NCBI GenBank assembly: GCA_021323225.1
Contig: JAJTCH010000001.1
Span: 147,408 to 211,407 of the forward strand
Length of the DNA stretch: 64,000 nucleotides
Direction: 5' to 3'
From: Rickettsiaceae bacterium
Lineage (GTDB): Bacteria > Pseudomonadota > Alphaproteobacteria > Rickettsiales > UBA1997
Positions within the stretch are counted from its first letter, which is position 1. Each line of letters begins with the position of its first letter. A program made the translations under genes and the position numbers. The notes under the pieces were generated by a model, which was not told the origin of the DNA, ran no database searches, and worked only from the letters and a program-made list of their open reading frames with translations. This document shows positions 1 to 9,575 of this stretch, in pieces.

Positions 1-456
1 TGCTGCTCTGCTTTCCTCTCTTGTTGAAAATATTTTGCCATTCTTATCAACGATTTCCGCGCCAGACAACATTCCCCTAAGCTCTCTAATATCGCGGTCA
101 TCAAGCCCAGTGCATCCTGGTAAGTTAAGTTGTTTTATGGAATCAGGAACTTTGGCCAACCCCTCAATTTTAATTTGATTACATCCGGTTAAATCAAGAC
201 GCTGAAGTCTTACCAATGGCGCTAAAGCGTTAAGATCTGTCAATTTAGTGCATCCGCGAAGACCAAGTGATTCAAGATGTTGAATTTGTGAAGAGATTTT
301 TTTTATATGTTCATCATCAACTGAAGTGGCAATTCCGGATAAATCAAGATGTTTTATTTTTGATATTTCTTCAGGTGTTAATTGATTGAATTCTTGGAGA
401 GTTAAAGGCTGAAAATAGCCATTATCGGAAATTCGATTTTTGATGTCTTTAACCAC
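1..456 (-). CDS. Leucine-rich-repeat protein with cysteine-containing (RNI / F-box-LRR-like) repeats. N-terminal part only, because the ORF runs off the left edge.
   Basis: Absent from the ORF track because no stop lies in the window. My minus-strand translation from GTG 456 reads VVKDIKNRISDNGYFQPLTLQEFNQLTPEEISKIKHLDLSGIATS..LESLGLRGCTKLTDLNALAPLVRLQRLDLTGCNQIKIEGL..LNLPGCTGLDDRDIRELRG. These are repeats of the L-x-L-x-G-C-x-x-L-x-D type. In-frame stops at 472-477 bound the 5' end. The start codon is uncertain and has no obvious SD. Confidence 0.5.
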   Translation of the reverse strand, partial: MVKDIKNRISDNGYFQPLTLQEFNQLTPEEISKIKHLDLSGIATSVDDEHIKKISSQIQHLESLGLRGCTKLTDLNALAPLVRLQRLDLTGCNQIKIEGLAKVPDSIKQLNLPGCTGLDDRDIRELRGMLSGAEIVDKNGKIFSTREESRAA

Positions 457-573
457 GGATTTTATTGGTTGTTACTAGTAATTTGTGAAATGTCTTAGGA
501 AAGACCGGGCATAATTACAAGAGCTCGGCAATAATTCCAACTTATTTTTATGATTTTTATAGGGAAGGGTGCG

Positions 574-1833
574 TCAAATTTTCCTAAGCGCGCAGTCTGC
601 TTCGACAATATATTTGTAGATTGTCAACTGCTCCAATCCAACAGGACCACGGGCGTGAAGCTTGCCGGTTGAAATGCCAACTTCGGCACCCAGGCCAAAT
701 TCTCCGCCATCGGCAAATTGCGTGGAGGCATTATGCATGACGATTGCGGAATTTACTTCTTTAAAAAATTGCGCAGTTTTTTCCTGGTCTTCGGTGATAA
801 TGGATTCAGTATGGGATGAGCCATATTTGTTTATATGTCTGATTGCTTCATCAATATTTTTTACCACTTTTACCGAGATGATTTTATCTAGATATTCAGT
901 GTAAAAATCCTTGTCGGTTGCTTTTGAAATATTGTTGCAAATTTTTGTTGCTGACCTGTCGCCCCTGACTTCACAGCCAGCTTTATTTAATTCACTAACA
1001 ATTTTTGGTAAAAGTTTTTTGGCAATTTGTTGGTCAATCAACAAAGATTCAGTAGCACCACAAACTCCAACACGACGCATTTTAGCATTGAGAGTAATTT
1101 TTACCGCTTTTTCAAAATCAGCTGAAGATTCAATGTAAGTGTGACAATTGCCATCCAGATGCTTAAATAAAGGAATTTTAGTTGATTTGGTAATTGCTTT
1201 AATCAGTTCTTTCCCGCCTCTTGGAATTACCACATCAATAAATTTATCCATCTTTAAAAGCTGCGAAACATATTCCCGATCTGTGCTTTCAACATAGCTA
1301 ACGCAGTTAGGATTAATGTTGAATTCTCTCAAAACATCCTGATAAATTTCAGCAATTTTTTTGGAAGTATTAAAGCTTTCCTTGCCGGAACGAAGTATCA
1401 CGGCATTGCCGGATTTAAAGCCTAAAGCGGCAATATCGGAGGTGACATTTGGGCGCGATTCGTAAATGGCTAGAATAACACCAATTGGTACTGAAATGCG
1501 GCGAATATGTAACCCGTTTTCTCTTTCAACATCATAGGTGATTTTGCCTACTGGATCTTTTAAAGAAGCAACTTCCAAAACCGCATTTGCCAAATTATTG
1601 ATTCTATTTTCATCCAAAATCAGACGGTCAATTTTTGCGTCATCAAGATTATTTTTCTTTGCCAAGGCAACATCTTCCTGGTTTTTTTGAATAATTTGCG
1701 CAGCGTTTTTTCTGATGCTGTTTGCAACTTTAAACAAAACCTGGTTTTTCAAATCAGTCTTCAAATTGGCAATTTCAAGACTTGCCTGTTTTGTTTGTTT
1801 GGCAATTTCTAAAGCTTGTTGTTTTACACCCAT
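574..1833 (-). CDS. proA: Gamma-glutamyl phosphate reductase
   Basis: 419 aa and colinear with ProA. Shows IYESRPNVTSD, KSGNAVILRSGKE, and the catalytic Cys region VGVCGATESLLI. Confidence 0.9.
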   Translation of the reverse strand: MGVKQQALEIAKQTKQASLEIANLKTDLKNQVLFKVANSIRKNAAQIIQKNQEDVALAKKNNLDDAKIDRLILDENRINNLANAVLEVASLKDPVGKITYDVERENGLHIRRISVPIGVILAIYESRPNVTSDIAALGFKSGNAVILRSGKESFNTSKKIAEIYQDVLREFNINPNCVSYVESTDREYVSQLLKMDKFIDVVIPRGGKELIKAITKSTKIPLFKHLDGNCHTYIESSADFEKAVKITLNAKMRRVGVCGATESLLIDQQIAKKLLPKIVSELNKAGCEVRGDRSATKICNNISKATDKDFYTEYLDKIISVKVVKNIDEAIRHINKYGSSHTESIITEDQEKTAQFFKEVNSAIVMHNASTQFADGGEFGLGAEVGISTGKLHARGPVGLEQLTIYKYIVEADCALRKI

Positions 1834-1836
1834 CGT

Positions 1837-3321
1837 CTATCTGGCAAAAAAATTAGCAATGAAAGGAAAGAGAAGGGAAAAAATAATGAAGCATAAAACC
1901 AGTATTGGCAACATCAAACTTAGATCATGCTCAATATCTTTGGCAATTTCATGATTTTGCCCACCAGCACTTTTGGCAGAAATTTCTACCATCGGATAAA
2001 GCACTTTTATGCTGCAAGCCAGCGATAGCAAAATATTAACCGTTAAAAGGGCGATAGCGACGGCGAATTTTTCAGTGAATGCTTCTTTAAATAGCCAATA
2101 TTTTTCCAACATTCCAACACCAGGAAAAAGGCCGGATAGGCTTAAAAAAGCAAAAATCAGCAATAAAACCGTGATTCTTAACTGATAAAAAATGCCATTT
2201 AACTCTTTGGTTTGGGACTCACGCAAATAAAGATTGATATTGCCAATTGCAAAAAAGATAAGCATTTGTACGACAATAAAAGAAGTAATCACAATTTGCA
2301 TTTTTTTGGCGCTAAGGCCCAGGGCCAAAAAGGCAGTGACTGCCATAACCATCTGGCCAAAAAACAGGAAGATGCTGATTTGTTTCAAGTTCCTGGAAAA
2401 AATTGCCAAAAAACCGCAAGTCAATAAATTAAAACCCAAAGCGATGACAAGAAAGTCGTGATAGTGGATTTTGGTCATGAAATAAGCGAAGAGCTTTATT
2501 CCAAAAACGCCGGTAATAACTTTAAATAACAGAATCAGAGAAGCGGCATTAAAGCTAAGGAGGGCAACGATAATTGCTGGTGGACTTAAATAATAAAGAT
2601 GGTCAAAAGCCAGATAAAAAGGTGCAAAGGCAATCAAACAGATTGATGCGGCAAAAAAGAAAAACAGCCAGCTATATTCAGAAATATCTGTAGTACTGAG
2701 AGTTGAGGCCCAAATATTTGTTTGGTCGCTAATCAAAACCCCGCCTTGCATTAGTTCCATCTTGCCGCTGATTTTAAAAACAAAAGCTACGGCAAAAAAT
2801 AGCAAAGAAGAGGAAGAGAGAATGAAAAAACCAAAATTTCTGGCAGATTTAGCGCTTTGTTTGGTACAAAAATCTTTAACAAAAAGACAAATGGCAAGGG
2901 CAAGCAATTGATAAAAGAGCATTATGGTTAGCCAGTTTTTTCCTAAAATTAAACAGGTTATAAAACCGATAACACATAATAAAAAGGCTTGGAAACGTTC
3001 AATTCTTTGATCACCCATAATTGCAAAATAGCGGCTACTATAAATTGAAGTTAGAAGCCACATCAAACCTAAAAGCGATAAAAACAAGAAATGTTGTTTG
3101 CCAAAAGATAGGGCAAAGCAAAGATTACCAGGCACGCTCAGGAGCTTCCAAGTTATTGGTTTGGTGATATTTCTTAATCCAAAAACAAGGATTAAAAATA
3201 ACATCGCAAATGACGGGGAGATTTTTCTGTTAATTGCAGAAAGGCGCGGCAGCTTGTTCAAACACCAAATAAAGAGCAGGGCAATGAAAGGCAAAAGCGG
3301 CAGTAGCTGTATTTTCATCAT
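1837..3321 (-). CDS. Polytopic membrane protein, divergent NuoN/ND2/MnhD-type (proton-conducting antiporter-like) subunit
   Basis: 494 aa with more than 12 hydrophobic segments. The C-terminal motif LSLSGLFPGVGMLEKYWLF resembles the LSLAGIPPxxGFxxK signature of the NuoL/M/N-Mrp family. It is packed between mtaB (4-nt overlap) and proA (3-nt gap). Confidence 0.45.
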   Translation of the reverse strand: MMKIQLLPLLPFIALLFIWCLNKLPRLSAINRKISPSFAMLFLILVFGLRNITKPITWKLLSVPGNLCFALSFGKQHFLFLSLLGLMWLLTSIYSSRYFAIMGDQRIERFQAFLLCVIGFITCLILGKNWLTIMLFYQLLALAICLFVKDFCTKQSAKSARNFGFFILSSSSLLFFAVAFVFKISGKMELMQGGVLISDQTNIWASTLSTTDISEYSWLFFFFAASICLIAFAPFYLAFDHLYYLSPPAIIVALLSFNAASLILLFKVITGVFGIKLFAYFMTKIHYHDFLVIALGFNLLTCGFLAIFSRNLKQISIFLFFGQMVMAVTAFLALGLSAKKMQIVITSFIVVQMLIFFAIGNINLYLRESQTKELNGIFYQLRITVLLLIFAFLSLSGLFPGVGMLEKYWLFKEAFTEKFAVAIALLTVNILLSLACSIKVLYPMVEISAKSAGGQNHEIAKDIEHDLSLMLPILVLCFIIFSLLFPFIANFFAR

Positions 3322-4670
3322 AGCGCGGACCCGGTTAGTTGCGCATTTTGTTTCTCACCGATTTTAACCACTAAAATATCGCCGGAATTTGCTGAATAAT
3401 CTCCAGATAATTTGATTGGTACAAAATTTTCACATCTGCCGATATTGCCATTTTCAAGAAGCACATTTTGTTTGGAACCAATCATTGTTGTTAAAAATTT
3501 GTCCATTTCTTTGGCTGTGGCTTCACGAAGTTCTCTAGCCCTTTCTTTTTTGACCTGGCCGTTAACTTGCGGCATTTTGGCGGCTGGAGTTCCGCTTCTG
3601 ATTGAATATGGGAAAATATGGTTAAAGATCAAACCGGCTTCAGAAATAAGATTTAGGCTGTTTGAAAACATCTCGTCAGTTTCAGTTGGAAAGCCGGCGA
3701 TTATGTCGGAGCCAAAAGTAACGCCGTCCCGCATTTTTCTAACTTTGTCACAAAAATCTAAAACCTGTTTTCTGCTATGGCGGCGTTTCATTCGTTTTAA
3801 AATTACATCATCGCCGGATTGCAAGCTGATATGTAAATAAGGCATAAATCTTTCTTCGTTTTTGATTATGTCTAAAAGTTCGTCGTCAATTTCCGCCACA
3901 TCAACGGAGGAAAGACGCAAGCGGGGCAGGTTAGGCACTAGTTTCAATAATCTTTTAATCATCCCGGAAAGCGTTAAATCTCCGATCAAATCTTTGCCAT
4001 AGTCAGTAATATCAACGCCGGTGAGTACCACTTCTTTATAGCCTTTATCAACCAATTGCTTGATTTGATCGACAATTTGTCCAAAGCCAACTGACCTGCT
4101 ATTGCCGCGGCCGTAAGGAATGATGCAAAAAGTGCAGCGGTGGTTGCAGCCATTTTGAATTTGCACAAAAGCGCGGCTTTTGCCTTCAAAGTCTAGAACC
4201 AGATGTTTAGCGGTTTCGGCAATTGACATTATGTCATTTACCAAAATTTTTTCCTGCGCTTCTACGTCAAAAAAACTGCTTTTGGTTGCTTCTTTAAACA
4301 ACTTATCTTTATGGATTATCTCGGCATTTTGATTGATATTAGGCCTTTCAGAATCAATGCTAATTTCTCTCAAATAACTTTTACTTTCCGATTTTTCTTG
4401 ATTACCCAGAACCAAAGAAACTTCGGGCATTGAAGCATATTTTGTAGGATCAATTTGAGCAGCGCAGCCTGTGACAACGATTTTAGCTAGTGGATTTTTC
4501 TTGGCTGTTTTTCTAATCTCTTGGCGCAATTGTCTCTCTGCCTCACTTGTCACCGCGCAGCTGTTAAAGACGATCAAGTCCTCTTTACCGGATTTTTCTA
4601 CCGCTTGTTTGATTAACTCGCTTTCGAAGGCGTTCAACCTACAGCCGAAAGTGATAACTTGATTAGTCAT
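3318..4670 (-). CDS. mtaB: tRNA t6A37 methylthiotransferase (MiaB-like radical SAM enzyme, MtaB type)
   Basis: The N-terminus VITFGCRLNAFESE is the UPF0004 domain. The radical-SAM cluster motif is GCNHRCTFCIIP. A C-terminal TRAM-like region is present. Confidence 0.8.
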   Translation of the reverse strand: MTNQVITFGCRLNAFESELIKQAVEKSGKEDLIVFNSCAVTSEAERQLRQEIRKTAKKNPLAKIVVTGCAAQIDPTKYASMPEVSLVLGNQEKSESKSYLREISIDSERPNINQNAEIIHKDKLFKEATKSSFFDVEAQEKILVNDIMSIAETAKHLVLDFEGKSRAFVQIQNGCNHRCTFCIIPYGRGNSRSVGFGQIVDQIKQLVDKGYKEVVLTGVDITDYGKDLIGDLTLSGMIKRLLKLVPNLPRLRLSSVDVAEIDDELLDIIKNEERFMPYLHISLQSGDDVILKRMKRRHSRKQVLDFCDKVRKMRDGVTFGSDIIAGFPTETDEMFSNSLNLISEAGLIFNHIFPYSIRSGTPAAKMPQVNGQVKKERARELREATAKEMDKFLTTMIGSKQNVLLENGNIGRCENFVPIKLSGDYSANSGDILVVKIGEKQNAQLTGSAL

Positions 4671-4686
4671 TTATTTTGGATTAGTT

Positions 4687-5823
4687 TTGCCCGAAAAAAT
4701 TACTGAAATGCAAATGAATTACGGCGAACATTTTCAAGAAAAGCTGCTAAATCTCAAGGCTAAAAACCTCTATCGTCAGCCTAAAAAAAATCATCCGAAA
4801 CTTCTTAATTTTTGCTCCAATGATTATCTGGGTTTATCCAAAAATCGTCAGGTAAAAAATGCTGCAATTAGTGCTATAAAAAAATATTCAATTGGCGCCA
4901 AAGCATCGCGCTATGTTTTTAGTGATAATCCACTTGCTGAAAAGTTAGAAAAAAAGCTGGCTGATATGAAAAACTGTCAAGCGGCGATAGTGCTTGGTAG
5001 CGGCTATTTAAGCTCGATTGGCGTGATTTCGGCTATAATGGAAGAAGGAGATTTAATTATTGCAGATCGGCTGATTCACAGCTCGCTAATTGATGGTTGC
5101 AAACTTTCCGGCGCCAAATTGATGCGTTTTAAACATAATGATATTGCTCACTGTGAAGAGCTGTTAAAAAAATATTTTACCGCTGAAGTTAAAAAATGTC
5201 TGATCATCACTGAGACAGTATTTTCAATGGATGGTGATATTGGAAAAGTTGAAGAATTATTGGAATTAGCAAAAAAATATAATTGCCTACTTCTTACTGA
5301 CGATGCTCATGGTTTAGGAATTTTGAAAAAAACTTACCCGAAATATGAAATGCATCTGCAATGCGGCACATTTTCCAAAGCGGCAGGAAGCTATGGTGGT
5401 TATATTTGCGGCTCAAATTTGATGATCGATTATCTGCGTAATTTTACCAAAACCGCAATTTATTCCACCGCTTTACCGCCAGCAATTTTGGCGGCTAATC
5501 TAAAAGCTCTAGAGATTATCGATAAAGATAAAAAACTGGGTAAAAAAGCTTTAGAAAATGCCGGATATTTTTGTGAGTTGCTTGAGTTGCCAAAACCATC
5601 TTCGGCCATTGTTCCAATCATTATTGGAGATGCTAAAAAGACTTTAGAAATTTCTGAAAAACTAAAAGAGCAGGGTTTTTTAATTTCCGCCATCCGTCCG
5701 CCAACTGTTGAGGTTGGTAAGGCAAGATTAAGAGTTACTTTCTGTGCTGATCACAAGAAGAGTGATATTAAAAAATTGGCTGCGTTATTGCGGTTGGAGT
5801 TTTTAGAGTTTACAAAAGATTAA
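4687..5823 (+). CDS. bioF: 8-amino-7-oxononanoate synthase-like alpha-oxoamine synthase
   Basis: TTG start. Shows NDYLGLS, SMDGD, DDAHG, the PLP-lysine motif GTFSKAAG, and C-terminal RPPTVEVGKARLRV. It is colinear with E. coli BioF. No other bio genes lie nearby, so the exact substrate is unproven. Confidence 0.65.
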   Translation: MPEKITEMQMNYGEHFQEKLLNLKAKNLYRQPKKNHPKLLNFCSNDYLGLSKNRQVKNAAISAIKKYSIGAKASRYVFSDNPLAEKLEKKLADMKNCQAAIVLGSGYLSSIGVISAIMEEGDLIIADRLIHSSLIDGCKLSGAKLMRFKHNDIAHCEELLKKYFTAEVKKCLIITETVFSMDGDIGKVEELLELAKKYNCLLLTDDAHGLGILKKTYPKYEMHLQCGTFSKAAGSYGGYICGSNLMIDYLRNFTKTAIYSTALPPAILAANLKALEIIDKDKKLGKKALENAGYFCELLELPKPSSAIVPIIIGDAKKTLEISEKLKEQGFLISAIRPPTVEVGKARLRVTFCADHKKSDIKKLAALLRLEFLEFTKD

Positions 5824-5828
5824 TCTTT

Positions 5829-5937
5829 CTGGATTGCCGCGTCGCTTCGCTCCTCACAATGACGATGTTGGAAATTATAAGATAAATTTCAATCGTCATT
5901 GCGAGGAGAGTGCGAAGCCAGCGACGCGGCAATCCAG
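5829..5937. repeat. Palindromic MITE-like repeat, copy 1 (imperfect arms)
   Basis: The left arm ctggattgccgcgtcgcttcgctcctcacaatgacg and the right arm cgtcattgcgaggagagtgcgaagccagcgacgcggcaatccag are inverted repeats with one internal indel. It is homologous to the perfect copy at 47914-48020. It sits between the convergent stops of bioF and engB. Track ORFs 5834..6037 and 5910..6152 are just translations of it. Confidence 0.85.
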
Positions 5938-5952
5938 GAATTTCCAATGGAG

Positions 5953-6564
5953 CTACATTATCTCAACAATTGCCTTCTTCAAATCATCCAAACCAATCTT
6001 CTTCTCTGAGCTGGTTGCCAAAATCACCGGATGTTGAGCGGCGAATTTTTTGGATTTATTTTGTATTTCCGTCATTGCCTTTTCCAACTCTTCACTTTTT
6101 AACTCATCAATTTTGGTTAGAACCAGTTGGTAGCTTAATCCAACAGCATTGAAAATATTGATCATTTCCTCATCTTTTTCACCCAAACCCCTTCTGGCAT
6201 CAACTAGCAAAAAGGCACGTTTTAAATTAGTGCGGTTGGCAAAATAGCGGTAGATCAATCTTTCCCAGGATTCAATTTCAGTCTTGCTAACTTTGGCATA
6301 GCCAAAGCCCGGCATGTCAACGAGGTTCAGCTTTTCTTCAATGCAAAAGAAATTTAACTGTCTGGTTCTGCCTGGGGTTTTGGAGGTGATGGCGATTTTT
6401 TTGCTAACCATGGCATTTATCAAACTGGATTTTCCAACATTTGACCTGCCGATAAAAGCCACTTCTGGCAGCCTGGAGTCAGGGATCTGGTCATAATTGA
6501 CAGCGCCGATTTTGAATTGGCAATCGCCGCTGAAAAATTGATATATATTATGTGGCTTGTTCAT
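5953..6564 (-). CDS. engB: Ribosome-biogenesis GTPase EngB/YihA/YsxC
   Basis: P-loop [13 protein letters not shown], plus DMPGFGY and TKIDE (NKxD-like) motifs, with a typical length of 203 aa. Confidence 0.9.
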   Translation of the reverse strand: MNKPHNIYQFFSGDCQFKIGAVNYDQIPDSRLPEVAFIGRSNVGKSSLINAMVSKKIAITSKTPGRTRQLNFFCIEEKLNLVDMPGFGYAKVSKTEIESWERLIYRYFANRTNLKRAFLLVDARRGLGEKDEEMINIFNAVGLSYQLVLTKIDELKSEELEKAMTEIQNKSKKFAAQHPVILATSSEKKIGLDDLKKAIVEIM

Positions 6565-7739
6565 AAAACTTTCTTAAGTGCAAAAATTAAATCATCAATC
6601 ATTTGGTCATTATGTAGAGGTGTGACGATAATTCTCAGGCGCTCTGAGCCAACTTCAACGGTTGGATGATTGATGTGTTGGACATAAATATTGTGCTCTT
6701 CAAGAAGTTTTTGAGAGATCTGTTTTGCTTTTAAAGCATCACCAATAATTATCGAGATAATGTGGGACTGGTTGGGGAGGATATTGATGTTGTTTTGCGC
6801 CAATTTTTGCTTCAGCTTCCCAACATTTTGCTTATGCAGCTTTCTTAAATCCGGCGAGTTTTTGACATTGATTATATTGGTTTTGATAGCGGCAGCAATT
6901 GCAGGCGGCATGGCTGTTGTAAAAATAAAGCCGGAAGCAAATGAACGAATAGCGTCAACAATGATTTTAGAAGCGGCAATATAACCGCCAATTCCGCCAA
7001 AAGCTTTGGCAAAAGTACCTTGTATGATGTCAATTTTTCCAGCTAATCCCAATTCTTCACAAAGTCCCGCACCACTTGAGCCATAGATTCCAACCCCATG
7101 AACCTCATCAATAAAAGTCATGGCATTATATTTTTTGGCCAATTCTACAATTTTTTCTATCTCCCCGAAATAACCATCCATTGAATAGACAGACTCAAAG
7201 ATAATTATTTTAGGTCGTTCTAATGGGTAATTTTTTAGCAACTCTTCCAAATGCGCCATGTCGTTATGGCGAAAGATGTTTTTTTCCAGCCTGCTATTTC
7301 TAACACCACTAATGATTGAGGCATGGTTTTTTTGGTCAGAAAACAATACCAAATTAGGGATGATTTTTGCCAAAGCCACAATTGCCGCCTCATTAGCCGC
7401 ATAACCTGAGCCAAAAACCAGGGCTGCAGGTTTTTGATGCAGCGCAGCTATTTCTTGTTCAAGCTCAATTAAACAATGATGATTTCCCGAAATATTTCTT
7501 GTGCCTCCGGCTCCAATACCAAAATTCTTAATGGCATCAATGGCAGAGTCTATTGCTAACTGGTTTTGCCCTAAACCTAAATAATCGTTAGAGCACCAAA
7601 TAGTGATTTTTTTGCCGTTTTTATTATTGATGGCCAAAGGAAATTGCCCGCAGACCCGCGAAATGTCAATGAATTCGCGGTAGCAGTTTTGCTGAGCCAA
7701 ATGATCAACGGCGTTTTGGAAAAACTTTTGATAATCCAT
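6561..7739 (-). CDS. hemA: 5-aminolevulinate synthase
   Basis: N-terminus [17 protein letters not shown], then [23 protein letters not shown], the PLP lysine in GTFAKAFG, and [13 protein letters not shown]. This is the typical alphaproteobacterial ALAS pattern. Confidence 0.9.
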   Translation of the reverse strand: MDYQKFFQNAVDHLAQQNCYREFIDISRVCGQFPLAINNKNGKKITIWCSNDYLGLGQNQLAIDSAIDAIKNFGIGAGGTRNISGNHHCLIELEQEIAALHQKPAALVFGSGYAANEAAIVALAKIIPNLVLFSDQKNHASIISGVRNSRLEKNIFRHNDMAHLEELLKNYPLERPKIIIFESVYSMDGYFGEIEKIVELAKKYNAMTFIDEVHGVGIYGSSGAGLCEELGLAGKIDIIQGTFAKAFGGIGGYIAASKIIVDAIRSFASGFIFTTAMPPAIAAAIKTNIINVKNSPDLRKLHKQNVGKLKQKLAQNNINILPNQSHIISIIIGDALKAKQISQKLLEEHNIYVQHINHPTVEVGSERLRIIVTPLHNDQMIDDLIFALKKVL

Positions 7740-7830
7740 TCAAGATTGATTGTGGTATTTGCGCTGACTGAATTGTAGCGAGTAGAGTAAGCACCGGCAG
7801 ATAATTTTCTAGTGCTTATTTTATGGGGTT

Positions 7831-8934
7831 TTACTGTGGTTGGGAAATATCTGCAGCTTCTTTGTTTGAGTCTGAGTTTTTTAGGTAAACTGCCCGATAA
7901 GGAATGGATAGGGCTGAACCGCAATTTTCCACTATTTCTTTTATTTTGAGTAAAAGATCTTGCTGAACCGCCAAATATTCGTTCCAGTCAGAAGTATTAA
8001 CATAAAAGAAAAATTCCAGATCAATAGAATCTGATTTGAAATCAACCAGTCTTACGGGAATAGTGCCTAGATCTATTAGCATCTTGTCATTTTTAAACAT
8101 GGTTTTTAGCTGCTCTAAAATTTGCCTTATCTGGTCGCTATTAGTGTCATGGCGAAGGCCGATAGTTTTTGAGAAAAGTATTTTATCGCGCACTGTATAG
8201 CTCTCAATTTCCATGCTGGAAAACTGGCTATTGGGGAATGTCACCAATGTGCGGCTTAAGGTGCGGATACGAACTGAGCGCAGGCCAATATCTTCCACCG
8301 TTCCCACAACTTCGCCGAATTTACCGAAATCGCCAACCCTGATAGGCTGGTCTATTGAAAGCACAATTCCGCCAAAAACATTTTCAAAACTTTTTTGGCT
8401 GGCCAAAGCTACCGCTATGCCTCCCACCCCAAGAGCGGCAAGCAAAGAGCCAATATCCACATGCCAATTTTGCAGGCAAAATAATAAAGCTATGACGATA
8501 ATAAATACATTACCGAGCTTACGGAAAAGTGGGATCATGGCTGCTGCCGAAAACTTATCCTCTCTTATGAAGCGATCATGCAAAACTTCAGAAAAACTAT
8601 TTACGATTTTAATAAACAGCCAAACAATTGAAATGATATAGAAAGTGGCATTGAAGCGCGTTAGCTTTGCTTCTATACCCTCTGGTAGCTCATATAATTC
8701 CTGAAAAATAGTAGCAGTAAGGCTGGCAAGAAATAGTGAAACTGCAGCAATAGTAGGACAAATATAACGTCTTATAAACTCTCTTTTGTTTGGAAAAAAT
8801 CTGCGGACAACCAATATGATTAAGTGCAGCAAGGTTCTAATTACGAAATAAGCAAACAATAAAATGCCTATTAGTATTAAAAAGCCCCATAAATAAGGAA
8901 CTACTTTATCGGTCGAAATAAAAAGTTTTTCCAT
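7831..8934 (-). CDS. Mechanosensitive ion channel, MscS family
   Basis: N-terminal TM helices followed by the MscS beta-domain signature GGIVLSIDQPIRVGDFGKFGEVVGTVEDIGLRSVRIRTLSRTLVTFPNSQF. Confidence 0.85.
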   Translation of the reverse strand: MEKLFISTDKVVPYLWGFLILIGILLFAYFVIRTLLHLIILVVRRFFPNKREFIRRYICPTIAAVSLFLASLTATIFQELYELPEGIEAKLTRFNATFYIISIVWLFIKIVNSFSEVLHDRFIREDKFSAAAMIPLFRKLGNVFIIVIALLFCLQNWHVDIGSLLAALGVGGIAVALASQKSFENVFGGIVLSIDQPIRVGDFGKFGEVVGTVEDIGLRSVRIRTLSRTLVTFPNSQFSSMEIESYTVRDKILFSKTIGLRHDTNSDQIRQILEQLKTMFKNDKMLIDLGTIPVRLVDFKSDSIDLEFFFYVNTSDWNEYLAVQQDLLLKIKEIVENCGSALSIPYRAVYLKNSDSNKEAADISQPQ

Positions 8935-9021
8935 AATTGAATTTATCTATGCAAAAAGGCTAAAACAAAAGCTATAAACTTGGCAGAATTTAGCCAAGTT
9001 TATAGCTCTCCTTAATCTAGC

Positions 9022-9285
9022 TTATTGGTTAGAATCATCGGACTTATTTCCAAAGAAAGATGATTTTTTTAATTTCTTCTTAGCACCAGAATTATCGGTG
9101 GATGAAGAATCATTTTGCTGATCTTGCTGAAGTATAACTGTACCATTAAAACCTTTGCCTGAGCCGTTAGTCTTATTGGTGCTAGTTCCAGTGGTGCCAG
9201 TTCCGGTACCGCCAGCCCCTGTTTGCGCAAGTGCTACATTGGTAAGCATTGCCAATCCTGCCAGTATTAAAGACATCTTCTTCAT
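9022..9285 (-). CDS. Small secreted Gly/Thr/Ser/Asn-rich low-complexity protein (paralog family, member 1)
   Basis: I place the start at MKKMSLILAGLAMLTNVALA (signal peptide) rather than the track start at 9318. The mature part is QTGAGGTGTGTTGTS..., similar to 37998..38270. The conserved upstream element lies 65 nt before the ATG. Confidence 0.6.
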   Translation of the reverse strand: MKKMSLILAGLAMLTNVALAQTGAGGTGTGTTGTSTNKTNGSGKGFNGTVILQQDQQNDSSSTDNSGAKKKLKKSSFFGNKSDDSNQ

Positions 9286-9337
9286 AACTTTTCTCTTTAT
9301 TAATTTCTGTAACAGCAAGTAAATTAATTTTTTAATA

Positions 9338-9377
9338 ATAAATTTTCTATGAGGGGAGAGACGGGGAATATAGCAGC
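9338..9377 (-). promoter_or_regulatory. Bipartite upstream element, copy A (gcTGCTATATT-N16-ATAGAAAATTTAT)
   Basis: In gene orientation it reads gctgctatatt ccccgtctctcccctc atagaaaatttat. The same 13-mer and the same 16-nt spacing occur at 37909, 38394 and 51521. Confidence 0.45.
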
Positions 9378-9575
9378 TTGATAAAGTGTGAGAGACGATT
9401 TTTAAAAATTCTCTTAATTCAAAAAAGTAATTTCATTTTTGTTATAAAAATATTTCTAGATAAGAAATATGAATGTCATAAATTCTGATAAAAAATATTT
9501 TTAAAATATTTTTTATTTAACTGGAGCTGCGCTTTTCTTCTCTTGTAAATATTTATCCTACATCAATAAAAATAT

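Noticed and set aside
5834-6152. Track ORFs 5834..6037 and 5910..6152 (plus strand).
   Set aside because: They are translations of the palindromic repeat arms (RRFAPHNDD / RHCEE..ATRQSR) and then run antisense into engB. They are not genes.
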